Shown: piece after piece, positions 10,760 to 22,900 of the stretch
Numbering within the stretch: the stretch's first letter is position 1
Layout of the letters: each line of letters starts with the position of its first letter
Assembly (NCBI RefSeq): GCF_018350175.1
Contig: NC_058383.1
Span: 20,710,001-20,774,000 of the forward strand
Direction of reading: 5' to 3'
Origin: Felis catus
Taxonomy: Eukaryota
Length of the DNA: 64,000 bases
Made by a program: the position numbers and the translations under genes
Notes under the pieces: model-generated
What the model saw: only the letters and a program-made list of their open reading frames with translations
Databases searched by the model: none
Told to the model about the DNA's origin: nothing

Positions 10760-10980
10760 AAGCACGTGGCCCTGAGGAGCACCGGCTTTGGAGTCCCAGC
10801 CTTTGGGCTGGGATCCCACCCGTGTCGCTCCGAGGTCGTGTGGACTGGCGACGAGTCACCGAACTGCCCTGGAACTCGATGTCATCGTCCGTAATAGGGG
10901 AAGAGTCCTTTTAGGGCTGCTGTGAGACTCCAGCCCTCACAGGCACAGGGGAAACTAGCTCAATAAATATTAGTGAAGAT
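10760..10980 (+). mobile_element. MIR SINE (CpG-rich copy)
   Basis: GAGCACCGGCTTTGGAGTC...GTCATCGTCCGTAATAGGGGA...GCTCAATAAATATTAG. Confidence 0.65.
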
Positions 10981-11029
10981 GATTAGCAGGATTGCTCTAA
11001 TGGGCTACCTGAGCAAGTCCTGAGCCCGG

Positions 11030-11470
11030 CATCCATCAATTTGCGGCCCGCGCCCTGCCAGCCGGCAGACGCTTTAACCAGACCGATTAACAACCTGTTT
11101 CTGATCAATGATTTATGGCTTATGTTTCCCTGTTAATGAAATGTAATGGCCAAGCCCGAGATGTAACGCGGCGGCAAAACAAACCGCCATCTGAAAATCA
11201 CGCCCCGGGTCCCCGAAGGAAAGCTGCAGCGACACGCCAGCCCGGCTCGTGATGACACGTGGGCCCCGCCGGGCCCCGCCTCGGAGGCGCGCGTTGTGTT
11301 GGAAGGGAGAGGAGATGCTCCCGGCCGGTGTCGTCTTGTCCATAAAAATTAACGCCGCGACAGGATGCCAAATGGCTGCTGCTAATGTGCATCTGAAAGA
11401 GGACTGAATTTTATTCATCAGCATCGGTGGCGGGACCAAAATCAACATTTTTACGGACACCGTGAGCATC
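11030..11470. promoter_or_regulatory. Candidate developmental enhancer (PBX-HOX/homeodomain motif cluster)
   Basis: TGATTTATGG 11109-11118; ATCCATCA (= TGATGGAT) 11031-11038; CCATAAAA ~11340; several TAAT/ATTA; not a repeat I recognise. Confidence 0.5.
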
Positions 11471-11639
11471 AACAGCGGGGCTGACGCGACCGGGCCCCGC
11501 CACCGCACGGACCTGTTGCCCTCGACGTGGCCGCTCAGACAACGGGGGACGGGCAACCAGGGAGCCTGGGCTTCGGCTGTGCCTCTGGCCTCTCCTGTGT
11601 CATGACACTGGGGGCAAATTAATCAAGAACAAAAATGAA

Positions 11640-11845
11640 GGGCGCCTGGGTGGCTCAGTCGGTTGCACGGCCGCCTTCGGCTCAGGTCACGATGTGGCAG
11701 TCGGTGAGTTCGAGTCCCGTGTCCGGCTCCGTGCGGATGGCTCAGAGCCTGCTTGGGATTCTCTCTCTTTCTCCCTCTCTCTCTCTGCCCCTCCTTGACC
11801 TGCACTCTCTCTCTCTCAAAATAAATAAATGTTAAAAAAAAAAAA
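11640..11845 (+). mobile_element. Can-SINE
   Basis: SINE head, (CT)n and poly-A. Confidence 0.95.
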
Positions 11846-11936
11846 GGACCACCAAACACCCCCTTGCCAGTCTCCCCATCTATAAAGCCGCGATAATAAT
11901 AAAACCAGCCTCACAGAGATACTGCAAGAAGCCCGC

Positions 11937-12230
11937 TCATTCATTCATTCACTCATTCGTCCATGGTGCCAGTTTCCAATCTTGGTCCTGGGGGCACAGC
12001 AGGAATCCAGACACACACAGCCCGCTCTTGGGTGACTGACATTCTCGTGGGAAAAGACGGCAAGAGAACCGTGAGGAGGTATGCCGGATGCTAGGAGGTT
12101 CGGGAGGGGCCGCCCGCTGAGAAAAATCAACCGGAAGGAAGAGATCGGGAATGTTGATGGCGGGGTGGAGGGTGTGGCGGTTTTTGAAAAGGTAACGGGA
12201 GAAGGTCCTACTGGGAAGGTGACATTTAAA
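11937..12230 (-). mobile_element. L2 3' end
   Basis: (TCAT)n tail then CTGACATTCTCGTGGG...GAAGGTGACATTTAA. Confidence 0.7.
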
Positions 12231-13129
12231 CGCTGGAAGTGGTGACTCTGGGCTCAGGACTCGGGCAGGGAGCCGAACTCACGCGGTGAACATCCGTTTC
12301 GTGGCCGCTACGACGGGGCTGTTGCAGAACGCCCTGAACATACGCTCGTGCGAGAGCATTCCGAATGGCTACGCAACCCAAGTCTATGGGGTAAGGCGTG
12401 TAAGTGACCAAGCAGGCTTCGGATACCCCTGGTGCACAATGGAGAGTGATCCTAAACTGGGTGCACTGAGCAGGAAAAACCGCATCTGGTCCCAGAAGGC
12501 CAGAGTGTCCTGACTCCCTCGTCTCACGGTGCCCAGGACGCGGGGGACACTCAGACATTTGCCCAAGACTGAACGGGGCCAAGGGATGTGTGAAGACAGG
12601 AGGAGCCTTGGTTTTCTGATGGTTACCCGAATCCTTGAGGGCATTTGGGGACAGAGGAGTATGCCACCTGATCATATTTTAGCCCTCACCTTTCTAGAGA
12701 TTTCTAAAGAGTTAAAAATCCTAGACTGCGACGACCAGAGTTAATATCTCGACTTAGAATCTTCATAACTGTGTGATGTTGGAGAATGTCGTCGGCCCTA
12801 ACATGTAGGTGGGAAAAGTGGCTTATGAGCCGCAAGACGAGCACAGGGGGAGAAATGCGACCTAAATGCAGGTGTCTGTGGCTTCCAATCCCACGCGCAC
12901 ATGCGTTTGGGGCGGGGGACGAGATCACGGCCGTGTGAGAAGCGAGCGAGAGTACCAGCGAAAACACGCACGAATCCACAGTTTGATTCTGCCTTCGCTA
13001 TTTAACTGCATGCCCCTCTTGCCCAACAAAAACGCTTTCTGATACCAGGAAAGCCATGGACTTGAAATTCAAAGAGTCACCCTCACCTGAAGAAGCAGGC
13101 ATCAAACAGGCCTCCCGTTACCGAGGGCA

Positions 13130-13370
13130 GTAAAAATAATATCGAACGCTTATTGGCGTTAACGTGGTTAACAGACACAATGCTGAGCACTGGGGCGGGC
13201 ATTACTGTTTTAATCCTTACCGCAGGGCGCTATAATTATCCCCACTTTGCGGAACAGGAGACTGAAACCTGGAGACTTAAGATTTTGCATCACGTCACCC
13301 AGTTACAAAATTATGATTATACTCAACCAGTCGGACTCCAGAGCCCGTGCTATGAAGCTTTAGTGTCCCT
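13130..13370 (-). mobile_element. MIR SINE
   Basis: ATTATCCCACTTTGCGGAACAGGAGACTGA...GACTCCAGAGCCCGTGC. Confidence 0.7.
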
Positions 13371-13380
13371 GCCCCTTAAG

Positions 13381-13597
13381 TTTTTTTTTTTTAACCTTTA
13401 TTTATTTTTGAGAGACAGCGAGAGACAGAGCGTGAGCAGGGGAGGGACAGAGAGAGAGGGAGACACAGAATCCGAACCAGGCTGCAGGCTCCGAGCTGTC
13501 AGCACAGAGCCCGGCGCGGGGCTCGGACCCACAAACCGTGAGATCATGACCTGAGCCAAAGTCGGACGCTTAACCGACTGAGCCACCCAGGCGCCCC
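13381..13597 (-). mobile_element. Can-SINE
   Basis: Full SINE; TSD GTCC(C/A)TGCCCCTTAA. Confidence 0.96.
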
Positions 13598-13899
13598 CGT
13601 CCATGCCCCTTAAAGGGGCTAGATCACTTCCAGCCACATAGAAGGTGCTTAATTAACAGTCACTAGCCCTGACCTTCCTGAAAGGGCCAACCCTACACTG
13701 GTGCTTGTATGCAGGGTTCTACCTCCTAATTCCTTGGCTTAGGGAGGGCTCCCGGCCTCCGGGCCCTGCCTACTTTTCTCTTCCACGTGTATCAAGTAAA
13801 AGAGAAGACCAACTTCCTCCAAGAAGCCAAGGGAAATTGCCATGCGATCCATCACATGCAAATTATTAGTCGAGGAGGTCTATCTGAAGTTAAAGTCCA

Positions 13900-14260
13900 T
13901 CCCCAAGCACCAGGGATGAGACATCACCCAACCCGGGCCCACTGGTGCACCTCAGGACATTTGTTAAACCCACCTACACTGGGAAGCAGACACAATTTTC
14001 CTCCTGGAGAGGCCAAGCTGGTAGGATGGATGCCCCGCAGATAGCTGTGCCCATCTTTTACCCTTACTGGGCAGCAGAGAATCAAGAGCAAAACAAAAGG
14101 AGACACATACGCCCGCCACGGCATTTTTTCCTTAACTCCTTGATCCAGCCATACCTGAATCAGTTCCATGATCCAATCCATCCATTATTTTTTTTTTTAT
14201 CCTGAAGCCATTCTGAGTTGAGTTTCTGTCCCTTACAACTAGAAGGTTCTAAGGCACACA
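13900..14260 (+). mobile_element. MaLR LTR (MLT1-type)
   Basis: TTGATCCAGCCATACCTGAA...TGAGTTGAGTTTCTGTCCCTTACAACTAGAAG. Confidence 0.6.
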
Positions 14261-15054
14261 CTGTTTAACAGTTTAGCCCTGCTGCTGAACCCTTTTGTTA
14301 TCTTCTATTATAAAGAATGTGCGACCCCAGAGGTCAGCAGCAGATTCCTCTCCCAAAGCCCCCAAAACTTACGAGAGACTCAGGGGTACTTGGGGCCTGC
14401 TCACAGTTAATTAGAATAGTAATAAGAACTGTGGTCTGATTAATTAGAATCAGTTATCCTCACATACACTGGAGAGAATACGAATGTGCAGGACTTTGAG
14501 TATAAACGGAGAAAGGAAGCCTCCCTTCTTGAGAAAGACAAGCAGTGTCTCCCACGCCCCTCCCCCTCTTCCTTGGCCCCTAACCCTGTCTCTGTCCACA
14601 CAGGCAGAGGTGCCTACCGTTCCAGCCAAGTGCACAAGCGGAAATTAATCTATCCAGACAGACATGTCAACTCTGCCTGGAGACACAATGGGGGCCTGCT
14701 GGACGGGCTTACAGCAAAGCAGCAGGCAAAGTGGTGGCCTCGCCTACCACAGAGCATTAAATGAAATGATGCCTGGGGAGATCATTTGCAAAGTGCAAAC
14801 TGCTATCTGAATGTGAGAATCAGGTTAACTAAAGGACATAAGCTTTCCATAGGTCAGCAAGGCGTCAGGGATCCTTCTCAAAATTAAAACAACCCCCTGA
14901 GCGTGGGTCTTCCTTCACTGGCCCAATCGAGCATAATAAAATGCAAAAAATAACGAACGAACGAACTAACTATATGAATGAATAAAGAAATAATGAAGGC
15001 ACGGAGCATCGTTTAAGTGTTGGGCGTTAGTTTAAACATTGTAAAACTTTTGTC

Positions 15055-15251
15055 TTAAGTTTATTTATTTTGAGGGAGTGGGCGTGAGCGGGGGAGGGGC
15101 AGAGAGAGAAGGAGAGAGAGAATCAGAAGCAGGCTCTGCACACCGTCAGCGCGGAGCCGGACACGGGGCTTGATCTCACGGACTGTGAGATCATCACCTG
15201 AGCCGAAATCAAGAGTCCGCTGCTTGACCAGCTGAGCCACCCAGGCGCCCC
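15055..15251 (-). mobile_element. Can-SINE
   Basis: Reverse SINE ending GAGCCACCCAGGCGCCCC. Confidence 0.95.
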
Positions 15252-15427
15252 CGCTGAACGTTTCATACGCGTCTGTAGTCCTCACGATTCATTCGAAAGA
15301 CACCGAGTGCCGGCTGTGTGCTCGTTACGGGGCGGGGATGAGATTACAGGAATGGCCCCGAGAAACTCAGACTGGGGAAGGAGGAGAGAGGTAAACCAGT
15401 GAACAAAGAGAGGCCTGTGGCCCCAGG

Positions 15428-15733
15428 TAGTGGGTGCTGTTGGTCCCTGCCCACACTCCAGGGACAGACACACTACGTGCGCCCGGTGGCTGATGGAAAG
15501 CGGGGTACAAATACCCCGGCCCCTCTCCCCGTGGATGGGGTCGACATGAGGTTCAAGTTCACCACCGGCTTCCAGAGTTCCCAATGGGACTCACAATGCA
15601 CCACGGACACTCCCTCATCACTGGATGCCTTCCCCGTCTCCCCCATCACTGCCTCCTGGAGCTACTTTCCAAATACACTATATGCACTTGAGTCATCTCA
15701 GGGTCAGCTTCTGAGACAACTCAGCCTATGACA
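15428..15733 (+). mobile_element. ERVL LTR (LTR16-like)
   Basis: TAGTGGGTGCTGT start; TTTCCAAATACACTATATGCACTTGAGTC...CTCAGGGTCAGCTTCTG...ATGACA end. Confidence 0.6.
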
Positions 15734-15993
15734 TCCTAGGAGGTTAGCATCATCGTGCCTGCTTCGCGGTTGAGGGAGCGGAGACTCAAGATCACTCGGA
15801 TGCTCCCTCCACGCCCTCCCAGGTGGATACTGGGGTTCACACCAGGTTACAGTAGTGCATGCACTTCTCGAAAACCACAGGGGCAGCTCCAGAGGGGAGG
15901 GTCTTTCCTGGGATTCTCCCCCGTCGACTCCAAGGTTGGCAGGCCACCACTCATTTCCCTACCACAGATGAAACGCCAAGCAGGTGGTGAATG

Positions 15994-16443
15994 CAGCAGT
16001 GTCCCCTTACCAGTCTATTCCCCGAGGTCAATAGTGGTCCAGGAGCAGATGGTCCCCCTTCTGATGTCCCGTCCGAAGGTCAGCAGCAGCCCAAGGCTAC
16101 GTCACAACGCTGACATCATTCACCTCGGTTCACGTCTTCACGTGGGTGCTTTATCGTCGCACACCGTCAAGGTCAGTACTGGACAGTGAGAGACGTTGAC
16201 AGAAAAGAGACGACACGCCCCTCACTTCCATTACGGGACGTTGTTATAAATGTTCTATTTGATTATCAGCCGCGGTGTTAATCTCTTGCTGTGCCCCATC
16301 TAGAAATTAGACTTTGCCCTAGGTACGTACGCATAGGAAAAAACAGGATATATATCGGGTTGAGTGCACGAGTGCTATGCAAGGTCTCGGGCATCCACGC
16401 GGCGTCTTGGGACGCATCCCCCCTGGATAAGAAGGGTCCACTG
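15994..16443 (+). mobile_element. TcMar-Tigger non-autonomous element (MER44-like)
   Basis: Ends ...GCATCCACGCGGCGTCTTGGGACGCATCCCCCTGGATAAGAAGGGTCCACTG|TA; starts CAGCAGTGTCCCCTTA (degenerate TIRs). Confidence 0.8.
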
Positions 16444-16744
16444 TAATTCACTTCATTCATCTTTACTAATCTCAGCTGAAGCCCACAGGGTGCTAAGAGC
16501 TGGGCCACGCCAGGCAATAAATATGAACTCAGGACAATGACAGGCACCACGACCCAGACCACACAGCTCAGAGGAAACAACTCAAGGGGGTTATGAGAAT
16601 GAGATTGAAAACGAACAAGGGCCAGAACATCACAGGGTCTCTTCCCAAGCTCTCCCACAGCGTATCATCCCCCTTGTCCCCCCATCTGATCTCTGGGCCA
16701 TTTCAGACTTATTTCCACCCACAGCAAGTGTGGAGTAAGTCTGC

Positions 16745-17287
16745 TGCAGCGGCAGGCAGCCTCTAAGATGGCCCAGAGTCCCCCAGGTGGGGACCCCATT
16801 CCCCGACTCACTTCCGACAGAACATGGCGGACGGGAAGGGATGAGCTGGTAAGGCTCCTTTGAGATAAGAACGTACGACTTCCTGGCCCCTTGCTCACAC
16901 CTGCTCTCGCTCCCTCACTTGCCCACTTGGAGCAAAGCCACGCTGTGAGCTGCCCCGTGGAGAGGTCCATGTGGCTAGGACCTGAGGGGGGACCCCCCGC
17001 CAGTAACCAGCAAAGAACCGAGGTCCTCAGTCCAACAGCCCGCGAGGAGCCGAATCCCGCCAAAGACCACGGAGGTGAGCTTACAAACGGATCCTGTCCC
17101 CTCTCCGAGCCCGAGATGCCCACAGCCCCAGCTGCTCCCTGACCGCCGCCCGAGGACCGAGACAGAGGATTTAGGGAAGTCGCCCCCGGGTTGCCGACCC
17201 AGAGAAGTGGTGAGAAAACTCCTACAACGTTGTTCTAAGTCACTAAGCGGGAAGGCAATGTACCGCACAGCACAGGTAACTAACACA
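16745..17287 (+). mobile_element. MaLR LTR (MLT1E/F-like)
   Basis: GGCAGCCTCTAAGATGGCCC start; GTCCTCAGTCCAACAGCCCGCGAGGAGC; ends GCACAGCACAGGTAACTAACACA. Confidence 0.8.
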
Positions 17288-17644
17288 GGTGCCTTCTGAT
17301 CTTCACCTTGTACGGCTAAGTCAACAGTGTCGCCGCTGGTATTCCTCGTCCCACCTCCGCTCGTCTTACTTCTACGACTTCCGCTAACTCCGCAACAGCT
17401 GCGTAAGTGCCGAACAAACACTGACGCTCCCTGTGTTGGTCTGTCTGGGCTGTTACAACAAAGCGTCGTTCACTAGGTGGCTTATAAGCTACAGACATGT
17501 CTTTCTCACGGTTCCCAAGGCTGGAGGTCCAAGGTCGGAGCGCCAGCGTGACTGAGTGGGGGGTCTTCTCCCAGGAGACAGACTTCTCACCGTGCCCTCA
17601 CGTGGCGGAAGAGAATTTCTTTCTGGGCTTCTTTTATTTTTCAT

Positions 17645-17850
17645 TTCTTTTTAGTTTATTTATTTATTTTGGGAGGGAGAGAGAGGGAGAGCAGAGGAGG
17701 GGCAGAGAGAGAGGGAGAGAGAATCCCAAGCAGGCTCCGCACAGTCAGCACGGAGCCCGACGCAGGGCTCGAACTCACGAACCATGAGATCCTGACCTGA
17801 GCCAAAACAAAGAATCGAATGCCTAACCGACTGAGCTGCCCAGGCGCCCC
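17645..17850 (-). mobile_element. Can-SINE
   Basis: Reverse SINE. Confidence 0.95.
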
Positions 17851-17869
17851 ATTTTCTTTCTCTCTCTCT

Positions 17870-18109
17870 TTTTTTTTTTTATTTTTATTTTTTATAATTT
17901 TTTTTTTCAACGTTTATTTATTTTTGGGACAGAGAGAGACAGAGCATGAACGGGGGAGGGGCAGAGAGAGAGGGAGACACAGAATCGGAAACAGGCTCCA
18001 GGCTCTGAGCCATCAGCCCAGAGCCTGCGCGGGGCTCGAACTCACGGACTGCGAGATCGTGACCTGGCTGAAGTCGGACGCTTAACCGACTGCGCCACCC
18101 AGGTGCCCC
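17870..18109 (-). mobile_element. Can-SINE, young felid-type variant
   Basis: CCTGGCTGAAGTCGGACGCTTAACCGACTGCGCCACCCAGG; long tail; flanks CTCTCTCTCTTTTTTT duplicated. Confidence 0.96.
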
Positions 18110-18117
18110 TCTCTCTC

Positions 18118-18248
18118 TTTTTTTTAACTAGGCTTCCCGCCCAGCACGGAGCCCAACACGGGGCTTGAACTCAAGACCCTGAGATTCAGACCTGAGCTGA
18201 GAGAGATCAAGAGTCAGATGCTTAATGGACTGGGCCACCCAGGTGCCT
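18118..18248 (-). mobile_element. Can-SINE, short older copy
   Basis: GAGCCCAACACGGGGCTTGAACTC...GGGCCACCCAGGTGCC. Confidence 0.85.
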
Positions 18249-19962
18249 CTCAGGCTCCTTTTCTAAGGGCGCTAACCCCATTCGTGACGGCTTCACCCTA
18301 CAACTTTGTCACTTCTCAAAGGCCCCTCCCCTCGATACCGTCACTTTGAGGGTCACAGTTTCAACAGATGAACTTTGGGGGACAAGACCATTCAGACTTG
18401 GGCACAACCACACCCCTCCATCATCATCAACTGCTACTGTGAGTCCCTTCTGTACTAGAGACAACAAGCCCCCTTGCCTATTATCACACTGAAACTTCAC
18501 AACTGATCTTCCCAAGATGCACATCCGATCCCCCACCACGACGCCCTGTGCGGAGGTCACAAATTACAGACACAAGACCGATGAGTCACCCAAGTACTAA
18601 TTAGCACAAGTTTCTAGTGCACCTGCCCAACAGCCTGCCTGCCGAGCGGGCGGGCTCACGCCGTAACACGGAATGAAGACCGGGGGTACGCTTGGAAAGC
18701 GCCTTCGACCGAGAGAAAGCAGTGACTGTTGATTTCATAGCGATTGGTTGTAAGTTATGAGGATTTTCTTCAGGGACAGGGAATCGATCAGCGGGCACCT
18801 CGTAGCCACCTTGGCAGACAAGTCAAGTTTTGCTCACGAGGGGCAGGGGCATAAGCAAGGGTTCGCCGTGCAAACTACGCTCCCTTAAGCCTGGTTTCTA
18901 TGACCACGCTGGCTTTGGCTGCTCAGGGAACGTTCAAAGTGGGTCTCCGTCTGTGTTTGACTTTAACGCTACGCCCCCCCCCCCACCCCGCTCCGCTTCT
19001 GGCCTTTCTCCCAAGCGGACGAAGAGGATGACTGGCCAGTCCTTCTCGGGTCCCACCGCTGGTTGTGACCAGGCTGAAGAATCCAACAAACACTCGCCGT
19101 TTCCACGAGTCGGGTCTTCAGGCCGGAGGGCCCCATAGCCACTGTCTTCCTCGTTCAGGTGGTTCCTGTTGACTTCATCCAGCTGTCCGAGCCCGAAGGA
19201 TACCGTGTGTCTGCGACAAACTAGAGAGGTCCCTACGAGGACTAAGGAGACTGGCAGCCAAGGACTGAAACGTTCCCCAGAGCAGAGACTCCCAGGGCCC
19301 ACGATTTAAGAACGAAGTCACTCCAACGGGTTATGATTTTCAAAGCTACCTACACAGCCTCAACACGACGTATTTTGCAAACACAGGTCCTCACGGTGAC
19401 TTCGGACCTGGCCACACACGAGGACGTTTTACTTCGGGAGGTGATACGTGCAGGTGAACTGTCACGTCCACGAAGCCTCTCTGTGACGTGAGCAATCAGG
19501 TAAGTTAACGAGAGACAGTCCTCCGGAAACAACAGGAAAACAAAGGCAGGCTGATAGTTCCAGCAAATTACAGATTCGGTTTCTGGGTCTGGAGAGCAGC
19601 CAGCTGAGAAATTTCTAGATGGCGGGCTGGAAGCTCTGTCAGCTTCAGTCTGAATGATCTTCCGGGGCTGCTGGCTGACTGTCCTCGGTGATGTCATCAG
19701 CTGTTCTGAGTGGCCCGTGAGGCCACCGAAATCAAGACTGTCCACACGTGAGCTGTTACGATGACTTCTCTGAAGTTCGTATGAAGTTAAGTGGCTTTTA
19801 GCGGGCACGGCTTTAGGGAAAGGGCAATGTTGGTTTCCTAGGGATTCCAAGTCAAAAGAGGGGGAGAGAATTGTAAATGTTACTTTGGAGAGTTCTAGCC
19901 AAATACTGGAGGAAACGACAATTCAGGAACCAGTCCAGTTCATAGGTAGAGAACAAAACCTC

Positions 19963-20185
19963 GGGGCGCCTGGGTGGCTGAGTCAGTTCAGTGTCCGCCT
20001 CCTGATTTTGGCTCAGGTCATGATCTCACGGTTCGTGGGATGGAGCCCCGCGTCGACCTGTGCCGAGAGCAGGGAGCCTGCTCGGGGTTGTCTCTCTCTC
20101 TCTCCCTCTCTCTGTGCCCCTCCACCACTCTCTCTCTAAAAATAATAATTTAAAAAATTAAAAATAATTTAATAACTAGAAAAAA
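19963..20185 (+). mobile_element. Can-SINE inside ERV fragment
   Basis: TSD TAGA(G/A)AACAAAACCTC at 19947-19962 and 20186-20201. Confidence 0.95.
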
Positions 20186-20889
20186 TAGAAAACAAAACCT
20201 CGAAGACAATGAACAGACTAGAATCTGATAGCCCCAAAGATGTGTTACTGAAACATATTTTTACTACCCTGATCCCCATTTCTAACAGAAATAAATAACC
20301 TCAGTAGGACTCATTTGTTTGCCAGGTAAGGCGAATTTCAGTAAACCTGGCCATATTATTTACGCGCAGCAGGAACGGTGATGGACCATGTACGTTCTTT
20401 TAAATCTGCTTTGCAGGAACTTTTTGTACGGAATCCCACACTGGATTTGCAGAGCCTCTGGAGGCTGGGACAAGGGCTTGTCCAATTGTGTCTTGCCACA
20501 GAAGAATAGATTCTTATTGAATTTACGTAAAGGCATCTATGGTCGTGAAAAATAAGAGTATTTAATACGTTTCTGAATGCCGAAGGGATCCCGTAGACAA
20601 GAAAAAAAATAAATGTTCCAACCCTTGTTGCAAAGATACACTATTACCAAATCGCGCAAGCTCCACAGAGATGAGAAGTAAAGGTGTCCTTTACATCTGG
20701 AGAGCAAAACATAAAAGAACCAGCCATGTTCTAAATCAAGTCATAAAAATTATAATCATCTTCCTTAGTTCCGTCAGTCTTACGTAATTAATTCTTGTTT
20801 TGCTTTATCTTGGGTTAGCAGCTTTATGAATCAATTCTCCATTAAAAGAATATCAATTCTCCATTAGAATCTTAGAAATTCTTACCCCA

Positions 20890-21113
20890 GAGGCACCGGG
20901 GTGGCTCAGTCGGTTAAGCGTCTGACTTCGGCTCAGGTCATGATCTCAGAGTTCGTGAGTTCGAGCCCCACGTCAGGCTCTGTGCCGACAGCTCGGAGCC
21001 TGGAGCCTGCTTCCGATTCTGTGTCTCCCTCTCTCTCTGTCCCTCCCCTACTTGCACTCTGTCTCTCAAAAATAAACATTAAAAAAAAATTTTTTAATAA
21101 AAAAAAAAAAAAA
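20890..21113 (+). mobile_element. Can-SINE inside ERV fragment
   Basis: TSD AGAAA(T/C)TCTTACCCC. Confidence 0.95.
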
Positions 21114-21488
21114 AGAAACTCTTACCCCCAGAGACGTACATTCTAAGAGTACTTGTCCACGCCTTTTCCATGAATCTCTTTGAAGAAATTCACGGAAGCA
21201 GTTTTGAAGCGGTTTTGTAGGAACACGTCCGCAAAAAGCATCAGAGTCAAACAGTAACTGTCTGTAAATGACCAAGGACTTACAAAAGGGCACCGTTAAA
21301 GACCTCATGGAATATACGTACACCCAAAGATGCAACCCAGGTGACGACCAGAAACTTTTGAAGGCAAAGACAGAAGGTTTTCTAGTAGGAAGAAATGTTA
21401 GGTCTTTTGTTAAAGGGAAAGCCTCTGTTTTCTTTCTAAGGGATTAATCATAGACTTAATGAAGACCATGGAAATTACTTTATTATGT

Positions 21489-21703
21489 TTTTTTAAACTT
21501 TTATTTATTTCTGAGAGACAGAGAGACAGAGCGTGAGCAGGGGAGGAGCAGGGAGAGGGAGACACAGAATCCGAAGCAGGCTCCAGGCTCCGAGCTGTCG
21601 GCACGGAGCCCGACGCGGGGCTCGAACTCACGGAGCGGGAGATCATGACCTGAGCTGAAATCAAGAGTCGGATGCTTAACCGCCTGAGCCGCCCGGGTGC
21701 CCC
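21489..21703 (-). mobile_element. Can-SINE
   Basis: Reverse SINE. Confidence 0.95.
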
Positions 21704-22099
21704 ACACATGCATCTCTTCACAGCATCTTTCCCTGACCTGATGTTCTTTATTTGCTGATTCGTTGATTAATTTGTCTCCCTCCGTGGACCCTGAATTCCG
21801 TGAGGGCAGAACTATGTGTGTCTTCTTTTGTTGACCATTTTAAGGACCTTGTGTGGTACGTACGCCACTTTTTCTTCAGCTCCCTGACAGGCCTGCACAA
21901 AGTAGGCGCCTCCATATGCACTGAAGGAAGGAAGGAAAATGGACTAGCCGTATCTTCAAAACGAGGCAGCTCAGAGAGGTTAGGTAATTTACCCCAGATC
22001 ACACAGCTGATAAGTGACAAAGCCAGGTGGAGTTAGAATCTTTACACAACCCTTGCGCCCCAGACACAACATTGCATGCCTCAGTCCTAAACCGTTCCT

Positions 22100-22304
22100 T
22101 TTTCTTTTTTGTTTTTAAGATTTGTGTGTTTATTTATTTTGAGATAGAGGGAGCAAGAGGGGAAGGGGCAGAGAGACAGGGGGACAGAAGATCCGAAGCG
22201 GGCTCTGTGCTCATAGCTCGACGCGGGGCTCCATCTCAGGAGCCGTGAGATCCTGACCTGAGCCGAAGTCCGACACTCAACCGACTGGGCCACCCAGGCG
22301 CCCC
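22100..22304 (-). mobile_element. Can-SINE
   Basis: Reverse SINE. Confidence 0.92.
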
Positions 22305-22717
22305 TCCCCTTTTCTTGATAAACCTGAGACCACAGAAAGGCCTTTTCTTGGGTTGGCCTTCAACACCTGTTTCTTGCACAACCCCAAACTGCGGAATGTG
22401 AGAATCTATTTGCCCTGGACCTCACCTACCCTTGGGTCATCTCTTCTGGGAGCTAAGAATGGTTAACCTGTCAAATGCACCTCCGCAGTTTGGAACTATG
22501 TCTTCTGCAAACGGACGACGATCATCTGCTTCCTCTTATTAAGAGGAAACCCGTATTTCCGGGTTTCTCAATCCCTCTCCTCGTGAAGACGAGATCTGAT
22601 AAGTGCCAGCAGTCTCGTGCAGTCTCGTGCATGGTGAATTGCAGACTTCCTCCCCTGCCACAGTGGAAATAAACGTTTCTCTTCTGTCGCCTGTTTCCTG
22701 GTGATCTTCCTCTAGGA

Positions 22718-22900
22718 CAGTGATTCCCAAAAATGTGGGACCGGCCTAGGGACATGCGCATTACCTAGAAACTTGGAAATGCGGAGTCCTGGGCCCCCTC
22801 CCACCTACCGCATCCAAGACTCGGCAGGAGGGGCCCGGCCGCGTGTGTTTGAACAAACGTTCTGGGTGTTCTGGGTGCACCTGAGGTTTGAGAACCACGG
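22718..22900. mobile_element. hAT-Charlie MITE (MER5A-like)
   Basis: CAGTGATTCCCAAA...GGAAATGCGGAGTCCTGGGCCCC...TTTGAGAACCACGG, ~180 bp with degenerate TIRs. Confidence 0.8.

Larger units (their letters stand above)
17432..18405 (-). mobile_element. MaLR LTR (MLT1A-like) split by three SINEs
   Basis: GGGCTGTTACAACAAAG...TCTCACGGTTCCCAAGGCTGGAGGTCCAAGG and TAAGGGCGCTAACCCCATTC...TTTCAACAGATGAACTTTGGGGGACA. Confidence 0.8.
18950..21480 (-). mobile_element. ERV1 (MER4-group-like) internal sequence, degraded
   Basis: GGAGAGTTCTAGCCAAATACTGGAGGAAAC...CAGTCCAGTT...AACAAAACCTC...CTAGAATCTGATAG recalled as MER4-group internal; minus-strand 19105-19320 translates to D.VLKSW...GP...DSW (integrase C-terminal-like, with stops). 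Confidence 0.65.

Noticed and set aside
18934..19850. 122-aa and 166-aa minus-strand ORFs as host exons
   Set aside because: They lie within the degraded ERV-like segment; the integrase-like frame is a different one and contains stops.
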